A DNA stretch of 64,000 nt from Octopus sinensis (Eukaryota): NCBI RefSeq assembly GCF_006345805.1, contig NC_043010.1:30690001-30754000 (forward strand), written 5' to 3'. A program made the translations under genes and the position numbers. The notes under the pieces were generated by a model, which saw nothing but the letters and a program-made list of their open reading frames with translations, was not told where the DNA came from and did not search any database. This document shows, in pieces, positions 24,568 through 37,045 of this stretch; the first letter of the stretch is position 1; every line of letters begins with the position of its first letter.

Positions 24568-26170
24568 TGGTAAATTTCTTGGACGTAACCTTAGACCTCG
24601 CTACAGGAAAGTATTACCCATGCACGAAACCTTATGAGGATACAGTATACATCCACAAGAGCTCAAACCATCCCCCTACTATAATTAGAAACCTGGTTCC
24701 AGGTATTAGTAAATGACTATCTAATCTCTCGAGCAATAGAAAGATCTTTAATAGGGCTGCCCACACCACACTACAATGATGCTTTGGCTAGGAGTGGGTT
24801 TACTGAAAAGCTCACGTTTGCAGACAACCCCCAAGCACCCTCTCGTCACCCCAAAAGGATTAGGAGAAGGCAAATTATATGGTATAACCCCCACTTTCAA
24901 CCTAGAAGTTTCCACCAACATAGCTAGGGGCTTCCTGTCGTTAATTAAGAAACACTTCCCTAGAGGCCATAAGTATTATAAACTCTTCAACCCCCCTCCC
25001 CATAATGTCAAGGTGAGTACTCCTGCTTAGACAACATTGCACCTAACATCACGTGCAACAACATATGTAAAAAATGCACCCACTCCACCGCCAACCCCAA
25101 CCTAAAACTTCCAAAAACCCATTATGTGCCCTCTAGAAGGATCTTTTCTCTCAAGGGCCGTAGTATACTGAACCACCCTTAACCATCCGATGGCATTACT
25201 AGGCACTATACAGGTATGACAGCTAATGACTTCAAGGAAAGATACTGCCAGCATATGCACTTGTTCAGATTCAGAGGTAGAGAGAACTCTACTTACCTGT
25301 CTTGTTTTCTCTAGAGACTTCGCGATCTCCGAGATGAAATACCCAGCATCCAGTGGACAATTGTTGACAGAGCCCCACCATAATCACCCGGTGCCCCCAA
25401 CTGCCAGCTCTGCCTCCGTGAAAAACTGCATATCCTCCAACAACCCGCAGCATCCATCAACAAGAAATACAACTTATCATCTTACTGTCACCAGAGATAT
25501 GCCCTTCTGACAAATTTCAGGGTTTTGAACTGCCGACAAACTGGATATACCACCTTAACACTAGCTGCTACTTTGCACTGCCTGCACCATGGTCACCACT
25601 ACCAACCCCATGAGCAGGACACCGTTTACCAATCCCCAATGCTTACCAATCCCCAATGTTTACCAATTTCCAATGCTTACCAATCGCCAACACTTGTTTT
25701 ACGCATGCACTGATATGCATGCATACATGCTTGTGAATATACATATGTACATATGAAGTTGCATGTGTGTGTGTGTGTGTGCATGCATGCCCATGCACAG
25801 ATGTGCTCACTCGCATCAATATACACATTCATGCAAAACTACATGAGCGCATCTGCACACCCACATATAGAACTATATACTTGCACATGCCACCCCTTCC
25901 TACTCACCCCCCAACAACCTGACTGACTTCTAGTCTGTTTCCTGTCCTCCACGTAGTCAATTTTCTGTTTACCATGTGTTCTTTTCCAACTAACTGTTAC
26001 CCATATATCAACATCAAACCTCTATGTGACCTTCCTTGACCAATCGCAGCCCACCTTACAGAAATAACAATCAACTTCTGTCATTCAAATCGAAAATGGC
26101 TGACGACAAGGACATTGTGCTTGAAACTCAAAAGTACCAATGAATTTGAATCAAATTGTTTTGATTCATA
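24568..26170 (+). mobile_element. 5'-truncated Penelope-like element, pseudogenised
   Basis: VNFLDVTLDL...YIHKSSNHPP...WYNP.F.L.VSTNI...CPLEG...YTGMTANDFKERYCQH...CQLCLREK; hammerhead near 3' end. Confidence 0.8.
26083..26151 (+). ncRNA. Type I hammerhead ribozyme motif at Penelope 3' end
   Basis: AUUCAAAU...UGG-CUGACGA-C-AAGGACAuUGUGCUU-GAAA-CUcaaaAG-UA-CCA...AUUUGAAU. Confidence 0.65.
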
Positions 26171-27294
26171 TATATATGTGTGTGTGTGTATCCTTCAACA
26201 ATATAAATTAGTGGGAAACTATAAACATTGATGAGAAATATCAATAAACCTGTGCTTTCATACATAAATCCCTTGTGATGTTTGTTTCATCCAAATTACA
26301 TAGGCAATCACATATCACTCTCAGTATCACAATTGCAGTGACCTTATAATTGGTCCGTTAGAAACTTATTCACAAAATGATATAAAATAAATTTAAAAAA
26401 TTAATAAATGGTCACCAACTCACATTACAAACACAGATAAGGGCATTCTTAAAAGAGTACAGGTCCCAGATCTTTTTTTTTTGTTTAGTCATAAGAGGAG
26501 GAGTAGCGCCTATGACTTTGCTAGACCTTCAAAAGCTGCTGAGATCAATACAGTTGTTCAGCTTGAATATAGCTGGCTGACATCTGCAGAAACAACTTAG
26601 ACATTTTGAGAGGAAGGTTTAGGCAAAGTGGTTAATATAATTGTAGGGGTGATAAGAGGAAGAAATACATGTAGGCTTGAGTGGAGGTGACATACAACTA
26701 GCTTGTTCAAATGAGCAGTAACCACAGTAGTAGCAGTACAGTATGTTGAATGAGGATACAGCACATCTGCAGACCAGATATTCCAGTGTGTTGGTGAGTT
26801 GAATTTTAGACACTCAATTGGATGGCCTTCTTTTGAATAAGTCTAGGAATTACTATATAAGCAGCAGGAGAATCTCCCCAAATGTGGAAGCAGGACTCCA
26901 CTTTTGGATTTCCCTTGAGCTCTGAAGAGATTTAGTAAGTGATCAGAGCTGAGGTATTTTGGGGATTTGAAGAGAAAGTCTAGTGTTTGGGATGCAGTTT
27001 TTGTTAAGGTATGTGTGTGTGGATCATCAGAAAGATGCCAGGAATTTCTGTGATTTTGCCAAAGACTAGAGAGGTGGTGGTAGAGGTTAGAAGATTGTTT
27101 TCTGGACACATGAAGTGATTGTGTCTTTATCTAGTTGAAGGAAACAAGATTGCCATGTCCCCATTAGAGGCTATTTACAAGGTATTTATGCATATTTTTA
27201 AAGGAAGATATCTAGATTGTATGTCTGCAGAAGATTAAGGAGAAAAGAAGAGATATATCATAAGAGTTGTTAGAAGTGACAGCAGACAGGCTAT

Positions 27295-27523
27295 TAATCC
27301 TTTCAGTACCAACCTGGCTGAAACCGGCTCTGGCTCTGTAGTACAAATGTCTTGTTTTCATAAGTTTTGAATTAAAATCTTCCACCAAACCTTAGTCACA
27401 ACTTATGTTCCTAACACTAGCTTAATGATAACTAAGTTATTTTACTAAATTCTTTGTGATATTTAAAATTAATTGAAAGAAACACAGAGCATCTCAAAAT
27501 AAATACAGTAATGAAAGGGTTTA
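27295..27523. mobile_element. piggyBac-like MITE
   Basis: ttaaTCCTTTCAGTAC ... GTAATGAAAGGGttta. Confidence 0.6.
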
Positions 27524-27776
27524 TGTACAGAAGGAAACATAACTGAATCATGGAGTGGCTAATGTGAGTCAGAAAGTGTCTTTTCAGTGCATGGATGCAA
27601 TGATGTGCTTAAACAGGTAAATTTTAATCCAAGAAAGGTGAACAGCATCCATAAGTGAGCAGCTTAGCTGCAATCAAGTGCAATGACACTGTTTTCCATG
27701 AACTTCTTAAAGACAAGGGACTGCTAGTAGGTGGAACAGAAGAGCAGGTTTCCAGTAAATTTAGCTCTTTTTTTTG

Positions 27777-28270
27777 TGCCCTTTTAAAGCCTAGCCAGGC
27801 TCATGGGTCCGGTTTCCCGGTTTCTATGGCGTATGCATTCCCCAGCTGGACGGGACGTCAGTTCATCGCAGCGTTACTCATTTTTGCCAGCTGAGTGGAC
27901 TGGAGCAACGTGAAATGAAGTGTTTTGCTCAAGAACAGAACGCATCGCCTGGTCCGGGAATCGAAACCACAATCTTACAATCATGGTACTGACACCCTAA
28001 CCACTAAGCCATGTACCTCCACTTCTGCCCTTTTAAAGTCTAGCCAGGCTCATGGGCCCAGTTTCCCAGTTTCAATGGCATATGTGTTCCCCAGCAGGAC
28101 AGGACGCCAGTCCATCGCAGTGTTACTCATTTTTGCCAGCTGAGTGAACTGGAGCAACGTGAAATGAAGTGTTTTGCTCAAGAACATAACGCGTGCCCGG
28201 CCCAGGAATCGAAACCACAATCTTACAATCATGATGCTGACACCCTAACCACTAAGCCATGCGCCTTCAC
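27777..28270 (-). mobile_element. Head-to-tail dimer of a tRNA-derived SINE
   Basis: Two ~245-bp copies (27777-28021, 28026-28270). Confidence 0.85.
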
Positions 28271-29286
28271 AAATTTAGCTTTACAGGAGTTATACTGGTG
28301 GTCATTGAAGAAGATGAGAAAAATCAATATGTGTGAAGGAAATAGTTGTCAATGGTTGTCTCTATCACTTTTGAGATGCTGGAAGTAAGCTGATGAATGG
28401 AAAATATTGTGGCAGATTTCTAAAATTTCTGGCAGGGTTTTGTGAAAAAAAAAAGTAAAATAAGGGTAAGGGTTAACTTTCAGCACATTGTGGATAATTG
28501 AAAAGACAGTGTCAGACATTGGTGGCATTGTTGGTTTGAAGCAGCCCAAGTTTTTTAATAAGTCTGGCTAAGTTTCCCATTACTTCAAGTTTCATAGGCA
28601 TAGAATGTGTTCACCTCATCAATTGAGGTGGACATATACAAAGCTTTAAGTGACATGAAACTGGATCAAACTGTTATTTAATGCACATAACTTCAACAAG
28701 ATGTGTTAAGGGCTACTTATTCAATCATTTGTTCACTCATTCATTCATTCATGTGTGTGTGTGTGTGTGCATATGAATGTGTATGTATATGTATGTGTGT
28801 GTGTGTGTATGTGTGGGTATATATATATATACTGATTGCTCAACATTTTAAAACTGTTGTAATACTTACAATATTTAATAAAATGATGTAGCTTGAAACG
28901 ATCGTACCAAATTACCGAAGATATTCTTGTTGCTTATTTTGATATATATATATATATACACACACACATTTATGTTTGTATATATCTATATATAGAGAGA
29001 GAGGTAGACAGAGAAAGATTATATACACACAAAAAGCTACCCCAAATAAGTCCTCACCTAACCCCCCAGTCCTAAAATGGAGAAATGGATGTTAAACCCA
29101 TGAGTGAAATACACACACAATGTTCTGAAGAAACCCCTGTTTTGAGTAGATATTGATGGGAAAATGTTGAGATGTGATGTGAGTATATGAATATCATTGT
29201 ACAATGACAGAATTGGAGTGTCATGAGTGTAGCTAGTCATGTGTGACATATTCACTGGTGTATGTATAATTATATATATATATACT

Positions 29287-29690
29287 GATGACTGTGTGGT
29301 CAAGAAGTTTGCTTTCCAACCAAATGAATTCAGGTTAAGTCTCACAGTATACCTTCTTGGGCAAATGTCTTCTACTAGTTTGAGCCAGCCAAAGCCTTGT
29401 GGTGTGGACTTGGTAGATGGAAACTGAAAGAAACTCACCAAGTGTTTATATGTGTAATGTGGAGGTATATGTATGAGTTTGTGTCTCCTTGTCTTGTTTG
29501 GCATCATGTAATAGTTGCATGGGAGCATCACCATCTATAAGCTGTGTCTTTTGCAGTGAAAAACATGTCTGGCTATGGGGAAATATTACATGACTTGGGA
29601 AGAGGTGAGGGCTGGTAACAGGAAGAGCATCCAGCTAGAGAAACTCTGCTTCGATAAATTCCATGGTGGTGACAATGACGATGATGATAT
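29287..29690 (+). mobile_element. Ceph-like SINE, CpG-decayed
   Basis: Same core as 38856; (GAT)n-type tail. Confidence 0.7.
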
Positions 29691-29768
29691 GGTATTTATG
29701 TAAGATTGAGAATTTGAGTCTGTTATGTAAGCCTAGTATCATTTGTACTTAACATATTTACTGCTTTT

Positions 29769-29819
<51 letters not shown>

Positions 29820-30033
29820 TAGGTGGCGAGCTGGCAGAAACATTAGCGCACCAGGTGAAATGCTTAGCGTTACGTTCTGAGTTCAAATTCTGCCGAGGTC
29901 GACTTTGCCTTTCATCCTTACAGGGTCGATAAATAAAGTACCAGTCTTGCACTGGGGTCGATGTAATCGACTTAATCCGTTTGTCTGTCCTTGTTTGTCC
30001 CCTCTATGTTTAGCCCCTTGTGGGTAGTAAACA
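29820..30033 (+). mobile_element. Nin/Deu-like SINE
   Basis: gtcgactttgcctttcatcc...gtcgataaataaagtaccag core. Confidence 0.8.
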
Positions 30034-30071
30034 AATATATATATACACACACACACACATATATACGTATA

Positions 30072-30542
30072 CAGTAAACACTTGCCATATCGCAGTTCAC
30101 ATGTCACAACTTTTTCTGACTATTGACTAATGTAAATTTATATCACGGACTCCTCAGTATATCACGCGTTTCTGCAACCAATAGGTATTTATATTTTTCT
30201 AGGTTTTAATTATTTCTGTGGTAAGATAAGCATTTTCATGTCTAAAAATTAATAAATAGAAATACAGTACAGTACTGCACTGTATAACACATTAATTAGA
30301 ATATACCAAAAGAAAATACGTAGTGTACTCTGTAGATAAGTAAACAAAGAATCACGTATACTGTATGGAGAAAGAAGCTCGGGAGGCAAGTGTGTGGTGT
30401 TGTTTTGCATTTATAATAAAATAAATATATACAAATTATAAAAATGATTTAAAAAATTATACACTAATGTTTCTATTTCTTCATGGATTTTCACCTATCG
30501 CAGGGTTTTTTTAAAACATAACACCCATGATAGTCAAGGGAT

Positions 30543-30547
<5 letters not shown>
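30072..30547. mobile_element. Tc1/mariner-pogo (Tigger-like) MITE
   Basis: ta|CAGTAAACACTTG ... CAAGGGATTACT(a)|ta. Confidence 0.55.
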
Positions 30548-30581
<34 letters not shown>

Positions 30582-30610
30582 TTTTTTTCTCAGCTTGTTT
30601 TTTCTGTGTA

Positions 30611-30648
30611 TCTTTCTGTCGAAGAGCGTAGGCTCGAAACATAAAAGA
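30611..30648 (+). ncRNA. Minimal hammerhead-like motif, core variant CUGUCGA
   Basis: UCUUU-CUGUCGA-A-GAGCguagGCUC-GAAAC-AUA-AAAGA; related to 7568. Confidence 0.45.
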
Positions 30649-30745
30649 CTTCTTCTATTTCTATTCCTGAGCGCTATACTAATACATTTGTTTGTTTGTA
30701 CTCCACCTGCCTTCGTCTTTTGTTTATCTTCGTAAACTTTCCCGT

Positions 30746-30785
<40 letters not shown>

Positions 30786-31485
30786 ATATATAAATACACA
30801 CACACACATATGAATATATATAAGTATACATATATATATATGATGTTTATATATAACTGAGTAGAGCTAATACTGAATGTTGGGATGAGTTTAAAGTGCT
30901 TTGTTATCAAAAGTATTTTCAGCATGTTTTTTTTTTTTGAGATGTTTATAGTTTAATTCCAAGTCAATCCATCAATCCTGACTGAACTGACATGCAATCA
31001 AATGCATTAGAAATGTGACCATTCTATCTTTTTAGCATTTTCCAATACTGCATTATCTAATATGTCTTTTATTATGATAAGGTGTGATTTAAAAGAAATC
31101 TGGCTGCTATTTCTAACAGACTGAGTAACCATGAAAGGGTCCCTCGTCTTATGTACACGTGCAAGAGGTGATGGATTCCAGGGTCATTTTAACTTTCTGA
31201 AAGAGATGAAATTGCTTCGATGTGATTATTATGATTCTCTACATTCATATTACCATATATTGCATGCTAAAGCAGACATTAGAACTCAGTGCAGTCTTTT
31301 CACCTTGTCAGATTCTGTTGAAGTATCAAACCAACATTGAAGACAGACATTAAATGACAATAGAGATGATAATGACAACAATGATAGTGATGATGAGGTA
31401 TACACTCTGAGCCTTCTTTTATACAGAAGAGTAAAAGAAAGTAAAGAAAAATTTGCATAAAATGAATTTCACTGCAAATGCAAAC

Positions 31486-31890
31486 ATAGGCACAGACATG
31501 GCTCCGTGGTTGAGAGCCTTGCTTGCCAACCATGTGGTTTTGAGTTCAGTGCTATAGTATTACACCTTAGGCAAGAGTCTTCTACTATAGCCCAGGGCTA
31601 AGCAAAGCCTTGTGAGCAGATTTGATAGATGGAAATCAAAAGAAGCCTATCATGTATGTTTGTGTGTGATCGTGTCTTGACATCACCTGATGGTTGTAAA
31701 TGAGCATCACTGTCACACAATGTTATTTGTTTCCAGTCTTTTGTGAAAAGCATGTCTAGTCATGAGAATTATTATTTTGTTTGAAAACAGGCAAGGGTTG
31801 GCAACAGGAAGGGCATCCAGCTGCAGAAAATCTGCTTCCATGAATTTTGTCATATAAGTAAGGAAAAGTAGACATTAAATGATGATCATG
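31486..31890 (+). mobile_element. Ceph-like SINE, CpG-decayed
   Basis: Shared head and core. Confidence 0.7.
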
Positions 31891-31915
31891 GTGAATCTCA
31901 CTGTAAATATTAATA

Positions 31916-32300
31916 TTGGTTCCAAGTTCTGGCACAAGGCCAGCAAGTTTGGGGAAAGGGCTAAGTTGATTAAATCAACCCCAGTGTCCAACTGGTACTT
32001 ATTTTATTAACTCCAAAATGATGAAAGGCAAAGCTGACCTTGGTGGAATTTGAACTCAGAACATAAAGACAGACGAAATTTTGCTAAGCGTTTTGCCTGG
32101 CACGCTAACAATTCTTCCAGTTTGCTGCCATTGCTGTAAATATTAATAATACTATATATCTCAAGGTGGCAAGCTGGCATAATTCTTAGCAAGCCAGGCA
32201 AAATGTGTTGCGGCATTTCATAGATCTTTATGTTCTGAGTTAAAATTCCACCAAAGTCAATTTGCTTTTCATCTTTTCGGGGTCAATAAAATTAGTACTA
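31916..32300. mobile_element. Head-to-head pair of Nin/Deu-like SINEs (31916-32132 minus, 32162-32300 plus)
   Basis: First copy flanked by TSD ctgtaaatattaata. Confidence 0.7.
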
Positions 32301-33012
32301 CTTGTCCATATGTTTGGAAAACATCAGTAATGAATGATATTTTTGAACATGTGTCAATGCTTGTCATTGAGACATTGATTTTTCTATTTTAATAGTAAAT
32401 AATTCATGAAAATCTGTTATCAAAAATGCAGTCTTTTACACTATTTTTTAAAAGATGCTTCTTTTTAAGATTGGTTTCTATGGTACAGGGAAAACTGATT
32501 TCTGAAGTATATCACACCTGTGTATTTGAGATGTTCATTTTAGAACTGAACTATGCAGGTTTCAGTTTGATCCCACTTTGCAGTATCTTGCACAAATGTT
32601 TTCTACCATACTCACAGGTTGAGCACAGACTTACGAGTACAATTTGTCGAAACCATTTTTTTGTTTGTGGGTTTTGTGATTTAATCCATCACCCAGTTTA
32701 ACAACTGGCCCCCTAGAATGCCTTAGCAGATTCTACTTAGCATTTGTGTCAGGCCACTAACCTGAGAATATCTTCCTACTACCAGTCCAGAGGCCAAAAA
32801 AAGCATCATTGATATTACCCTCTATTCTCCAAGTCAACTGTATAAAAAACAAGAAAGAAAAATCATGTTTTTATTTTACTGTTAGTACAAGAGTGACTCA
32901 AGGGTAATTGCTAGAAAGTGGCATAATATTGGTTTCATTTAAAATGGAATTCATGTCTAGAATACTGTTAAGAGCACTAAGGTTGTATTTTTCAGTGAAT
33001 ACATTTGTTAAT

Positions 33013-33099
33013 GAGGTAATTAGGTTAAAGGTAACTAACTAGAGCCTGATTTATGTGAAAAATCAGGCTCTAGTTAGTTACCTTTAACCTATTTACCTC
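33013..33099. repeat. Near-perfect 40-bp-stem hairpin
   Basis: gaggtaattaggttaaaggtaactaactagagcctgattt / aaatcaggctctagttagttacctttaacctatttacctc, one mismatch. Confidence 0.9.
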
Positions 33100-33127
33100 T
33101 AGGAAATCAGGAAAGGAACATATCTTT

Positions 33128-33486
33128 CATCTTTTGCTTAGTTCAGTCATTAGACTGCAGCCATGCTGGGGCACCACCTTGAAGGGTTTAGTTGAACAGA
33201 TCAACTCTAGTGCTTATTTTTAAGCCTGGTACTTATTCTACTGGTCTCTTCTGCCAAACTGCTAAATTACAGGAATGTAAGCAAACCAACACCAACTATC
33301 AAGTGGTAGGAGAACAGACACAAAGATGCATGCCGACACACACACATCCCAATAAGCTTCCAGTTTCTGTTTACTAAATTCACTTATAAAGCATTAGTCA
33401 GCCTGAGGTTCTGTGCTCGTGGGACTGAACCCAAAACCACATGGTTTCAAAGTCAGTTTCTTATCCACACACCCATCCCATGCCCA
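33128..33486 (-). mobile_element. Ceph-like SINE, decayed
   Basis: Similar to 9968-10362. Confidence 0.65.
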
Positions 33487-34294
33487 TTGAAATATGTGTT
33501 TTTATCTTTTAATAGTCAAGTCAGAGGAAAAAAGGCAATAACCAACGACCTGTGCTCTCCTTTCCAGGGCCTCTCTTATGGGTGGAAGGAAGGAGTGAAG
33601 TTAACCTCAGATCAGAAATATGTTCAAATATATACAACAGAGTGGACAGCACTAAGGTCACTATTTCACAAAGGAGTGGAGTTAAAAATCAAACAACAGA
33701 TTAAGTCATCCAGGACACAAATGGAACTTCCACAGTTTCCATCTCCCAAATTTCACTCAAAAGGTCTTGGTCAACCATAAACTGTGGTACAAACTACTTT
33801 CTCATAGGGATATGCAATGAAACCATAGGGTTGCAAAACAAGCTTCTCAACTGTCCAGTGATATCTATGACCACACCTTAACAACCCAGCTATGTCAATG
33901 ACTATATCTTAACTACCCAGCCTGATAAGGGTGTTAAATCACATAACTAAATAAAACCTTATTGCCCAATGAGAGGAGTGTCAATTTTATCATAGAAAGC
34001 TCACTGAACATGAATGTTCTAAGTTTCTTATCTGAGATCTTTACATGCTATTTTGTTGCTTGTGTCTTAGTATAAATGTTTACAAGAAATTCGCTCCAGT
34101 ATTTTCTACACTCTATGTGATGAAGTAACAGGACATCTACATACAAACAATAGAGGATGGATTTGTGTGGAGCACAGTTGATTTTCTTCGTTATCTGATG
34201 TAAATGGAAACTGACAAATGTTGGGCTGATTAGAGAATCCATAGACACTTCTTATACATACACACACACATACTTTGAAATTTTAATTATATCA

Positions 34295-34342
<48 letters not shown>

Positions 34343-34887
34343 ATTATTATTATTATTATTCATTTTGTTCATCATGTACAAATATGTATGTATTCATCAT
34401 TATTTTAATTATTTATTTCAATTTTAGAAAAATTGAAGCATGTCTTTGACAAATACATTAAATGAGTTTAATTTTGGTGCATAACTTTTTGCCCACTCAG
34501 TATGTATATGGAGAAATGATTGGTGCTAAGGAAAGGTAGGCAAGTAGTAGTTTCTTTAGTAGTTCTTTCAGTATAAAGAAAGGAAATAATATAACAGTGA
34601 GAATATTAAATGAAGATGATGTCAAATGTTGTGTGAACCTGTACACAAGTAAAGAAAATCCATATTTAATGAGTAGATGTAGTCCCAAGAATTAGCGACT
34701 TCGAGAAATTCCCTGGTATAAACTGATAGTATATTTGACTGCTATGCATGTTTTGATTGTAGAAATTTGGGAGATTATATACTTTTGAATGTTAAAATAC
34801 TTTCAAATTATGTATTTAATCAAGCATACCTTGTCAGTAAAATCTGATGCAGGACAGATTTTATGGGCAAGGCCAATCAGCAGAAGA

Positions 34888-35114
34888 CCCTTTAGCATTT
34901 AAACCAACCATGTCTGGCCCAAATGTTCTACCTAGTTTCTATGTTCAAAGTGGCCAGATTTCGTCTCTCAGACCTATCCTGACAATGTCATTCTTAAAAT
35001 AAACAATCACATTGCTGAAATCTCAAAGCTATGAGATAATGCATGATTAATTAAAAACAATGTGAATAAATAAGCATTACATTTGATAGAGTAATTTGGA
35101 TGCTAAAGGGTTAA
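34888..35114. mobile_element. piggyBac-like MITE
   Basis: CCCTTTAGCAT ... ATGCTAAAGGG-ttaa. Confidence 0.6.
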
Positions 35115-35667
35115 AGTATAGACCAGGAATGAGATAATTGCCTCAGCTGGACTCACTTGCAGTAATATTTGTTTATGTTAATTCCTCATTTCTCATTTAC
35201 TGTTATTACTCGCTTAAAAAAGAAAATATTAATTAATCACAAAATAAGAGCTTTTATCTAAATTGAACGGTTATCAGCAAAGATGGTGGGGAATTTGACA
35301 GGTGACACTAATAAATTCTGAGAACAATGACCAGAAGAATGAGGACGATGTTGTGAATTTAATGTGTTTGTGTTACATACATCATCTATATATATACATA
35401 AATATATATATATATATTATATTATTATTATTATTTATTAATTATTATTATTCTGATCCCCCTAGTCGCCACTCTGTTTACTATTTTCAGCCTCGCCTCG
35501 TTTTTGCATATTCTGTATAATTCACTAGTTATCGTTATAGATATTTAAGATATATCTCCCTTATAGAAATTGGCTGCCGATTCTTCGCGGCGCGCCCGCC
35601 CTACCCACCCCCACCACCAATACCGGATATCTCTATTTTGCTCCAACTATACCGGATGTCGTTTTCT

Positions 35668-36451
35668 CCCACCACCATTATAGGTGTCTACTCTTTGAAC
35701 CCCCTCTTCAATACGCTATTTCACCATGCATTACCCCTCTCTCGATATCCTACGTTCTTCTTGCCTAGAACCTGTCCTCTGGACCACCCCTCCCACTGGT
35801 GCTCCCCTATATTTCTGCATCCCCCCACCACCATTATAGGTGTCTACTCTTTGAACCCCCCTCTTCAATACGCTATTTCACCATGCATTACCCCTCTCTC
35901 GATATCCTACGTTCTACTTGCCTAGAACCTGTCCTCTGAACCACCCCTCCCACTGGTACTCCCCTATATTTCTGCACCCCCCCACCACCATTATAGGTGT
36001 CTACTCTTTGAACCCCCTCTTCAATACGCTATTCACCATGCATTACCCCTCTCTCGATATCCTACGTTCTACTTGCCTAGAACCTGTCCTCTGAACCACC
36101 CCTCCCACTGGTGCTCCTCTATATTTCTGCACCCCCCCACCACCATTATAGGTGTCTACTCTTTGAACCCCCTCTTCAATACGCTATTTCACCATGCATT
36201 ACCCCTCTCTCGATATCCTACGTTCTACTTGCCTAGAACCTGTCCCCTGAACCACCCCTCCCACTGGTGCTCCCCTATATTTCTGCACCCCCCACCACCA
36301 TTATAGGTGTCTACTCTTTGAACCCCCTCTTCAATACGCTATTTCACCATGCATTACCCCTCTCTCGATATCCTACGTTCTACTTGCCTAGAACCTGTCC
36401 TCTGAACCACCCCTCCCACTGGTGCTCCCCTATATTTCTGCACCCCCCCCC
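35668..36451. repeat. Tandem array, 5 x ~156 bp, highly homogeneous
   Basis: taggtgtctactctttgaacc starts at 35681, 35837, 35994, 36149 and 36304. Confidence 0.95.
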
Positions 36452-36717
36452 ATAAAAAGCACCATCCGAACGTGGCCGATGCCAGACCCCTCTGGCACCT
36501 GTGCAGGTGGCACGTAAAAAACACCCACTACACTCGCGGAGTGGTTGGCGTTAGGAAGGGCATCCAGCTGTAGAAACACTGCCAGACTAGACTGGAGCCT
36601 GGGGCAGTCCCGAGCTCCCCAGACCCCAGTCGAAAACCGTCCAACCCGTGCTAGCGCGGAAAACGGACGTTAAACGATGATGATGATGATGATGATGATG
36701 ATGATATATATATATAT

Positions 36718-36775
<58 letters not shown>

Positions 36776-36980
36776 GTCTGGCACCAGTGCGGGTGGCACG
36801 TAAAAAGCACCCACTACACTCACGGAGTGGTTGGCGTTAGGAAGGGCATCCAGCCGTAGAAACACTGCCAGATTTGACTGGGCCTGATGAAGCCTTCTGG
36901 CTTCACAGACCCCAGTAGAACCGTCCAACCCATGCTAGCATGGAAAACGGACGCTAAATGATGATGATGATGATGATGAT
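36452..36980 (+). mobile_element. Two 5'-truncated retroposon 3' ends with (GAT)n tails (36452-36703, 36775-36980)
   Basis: ggcacgtaaaaa...gagtggttggcgttaggaagggcatccagc...ggaaaacggacg(t/c)taaa-(gat)n. Confidence 0.75.
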
Positions 36981-37045
36981 ATATGTATGTATGTATGCAC
37001 ATATATATATATATATATATATATATGTGCATATATATATATATA

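Larger units (their letters stand above)
26480..28560 (-). mobile_element. Highly degraded Jockey/CR1-group LINE relic, interrupted by a MITE and SINEs
   Basis: LTNTLEYLVCRCAVSSFNILYCYYCGYCS...CMSPP resembles the post-RT L.HRR.V.SL..FYRY..G.CS motif. Confidence 0.45.

Noticed and set aside
22090-25520. Selenocysteine recoding in the Naiad-like elements
   Set aside because: The conserved Cys positions I could read are TGT/TGC; the TGA codons seen fit CGA>TGA decay
34071-34540. Putative plus-strand exons or hAT transposase relic (FYTLCDEVT; YVYGEMIGAKE)
   Set aside because: Short, stop-interrupted, no coherent gene model or convincing motif series
35668-36451. CRISPR-like array or coding repeat
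   Set aside because: Whole units repeat with no unique spacers, indels break frames, no cas genes, eukaryotic context
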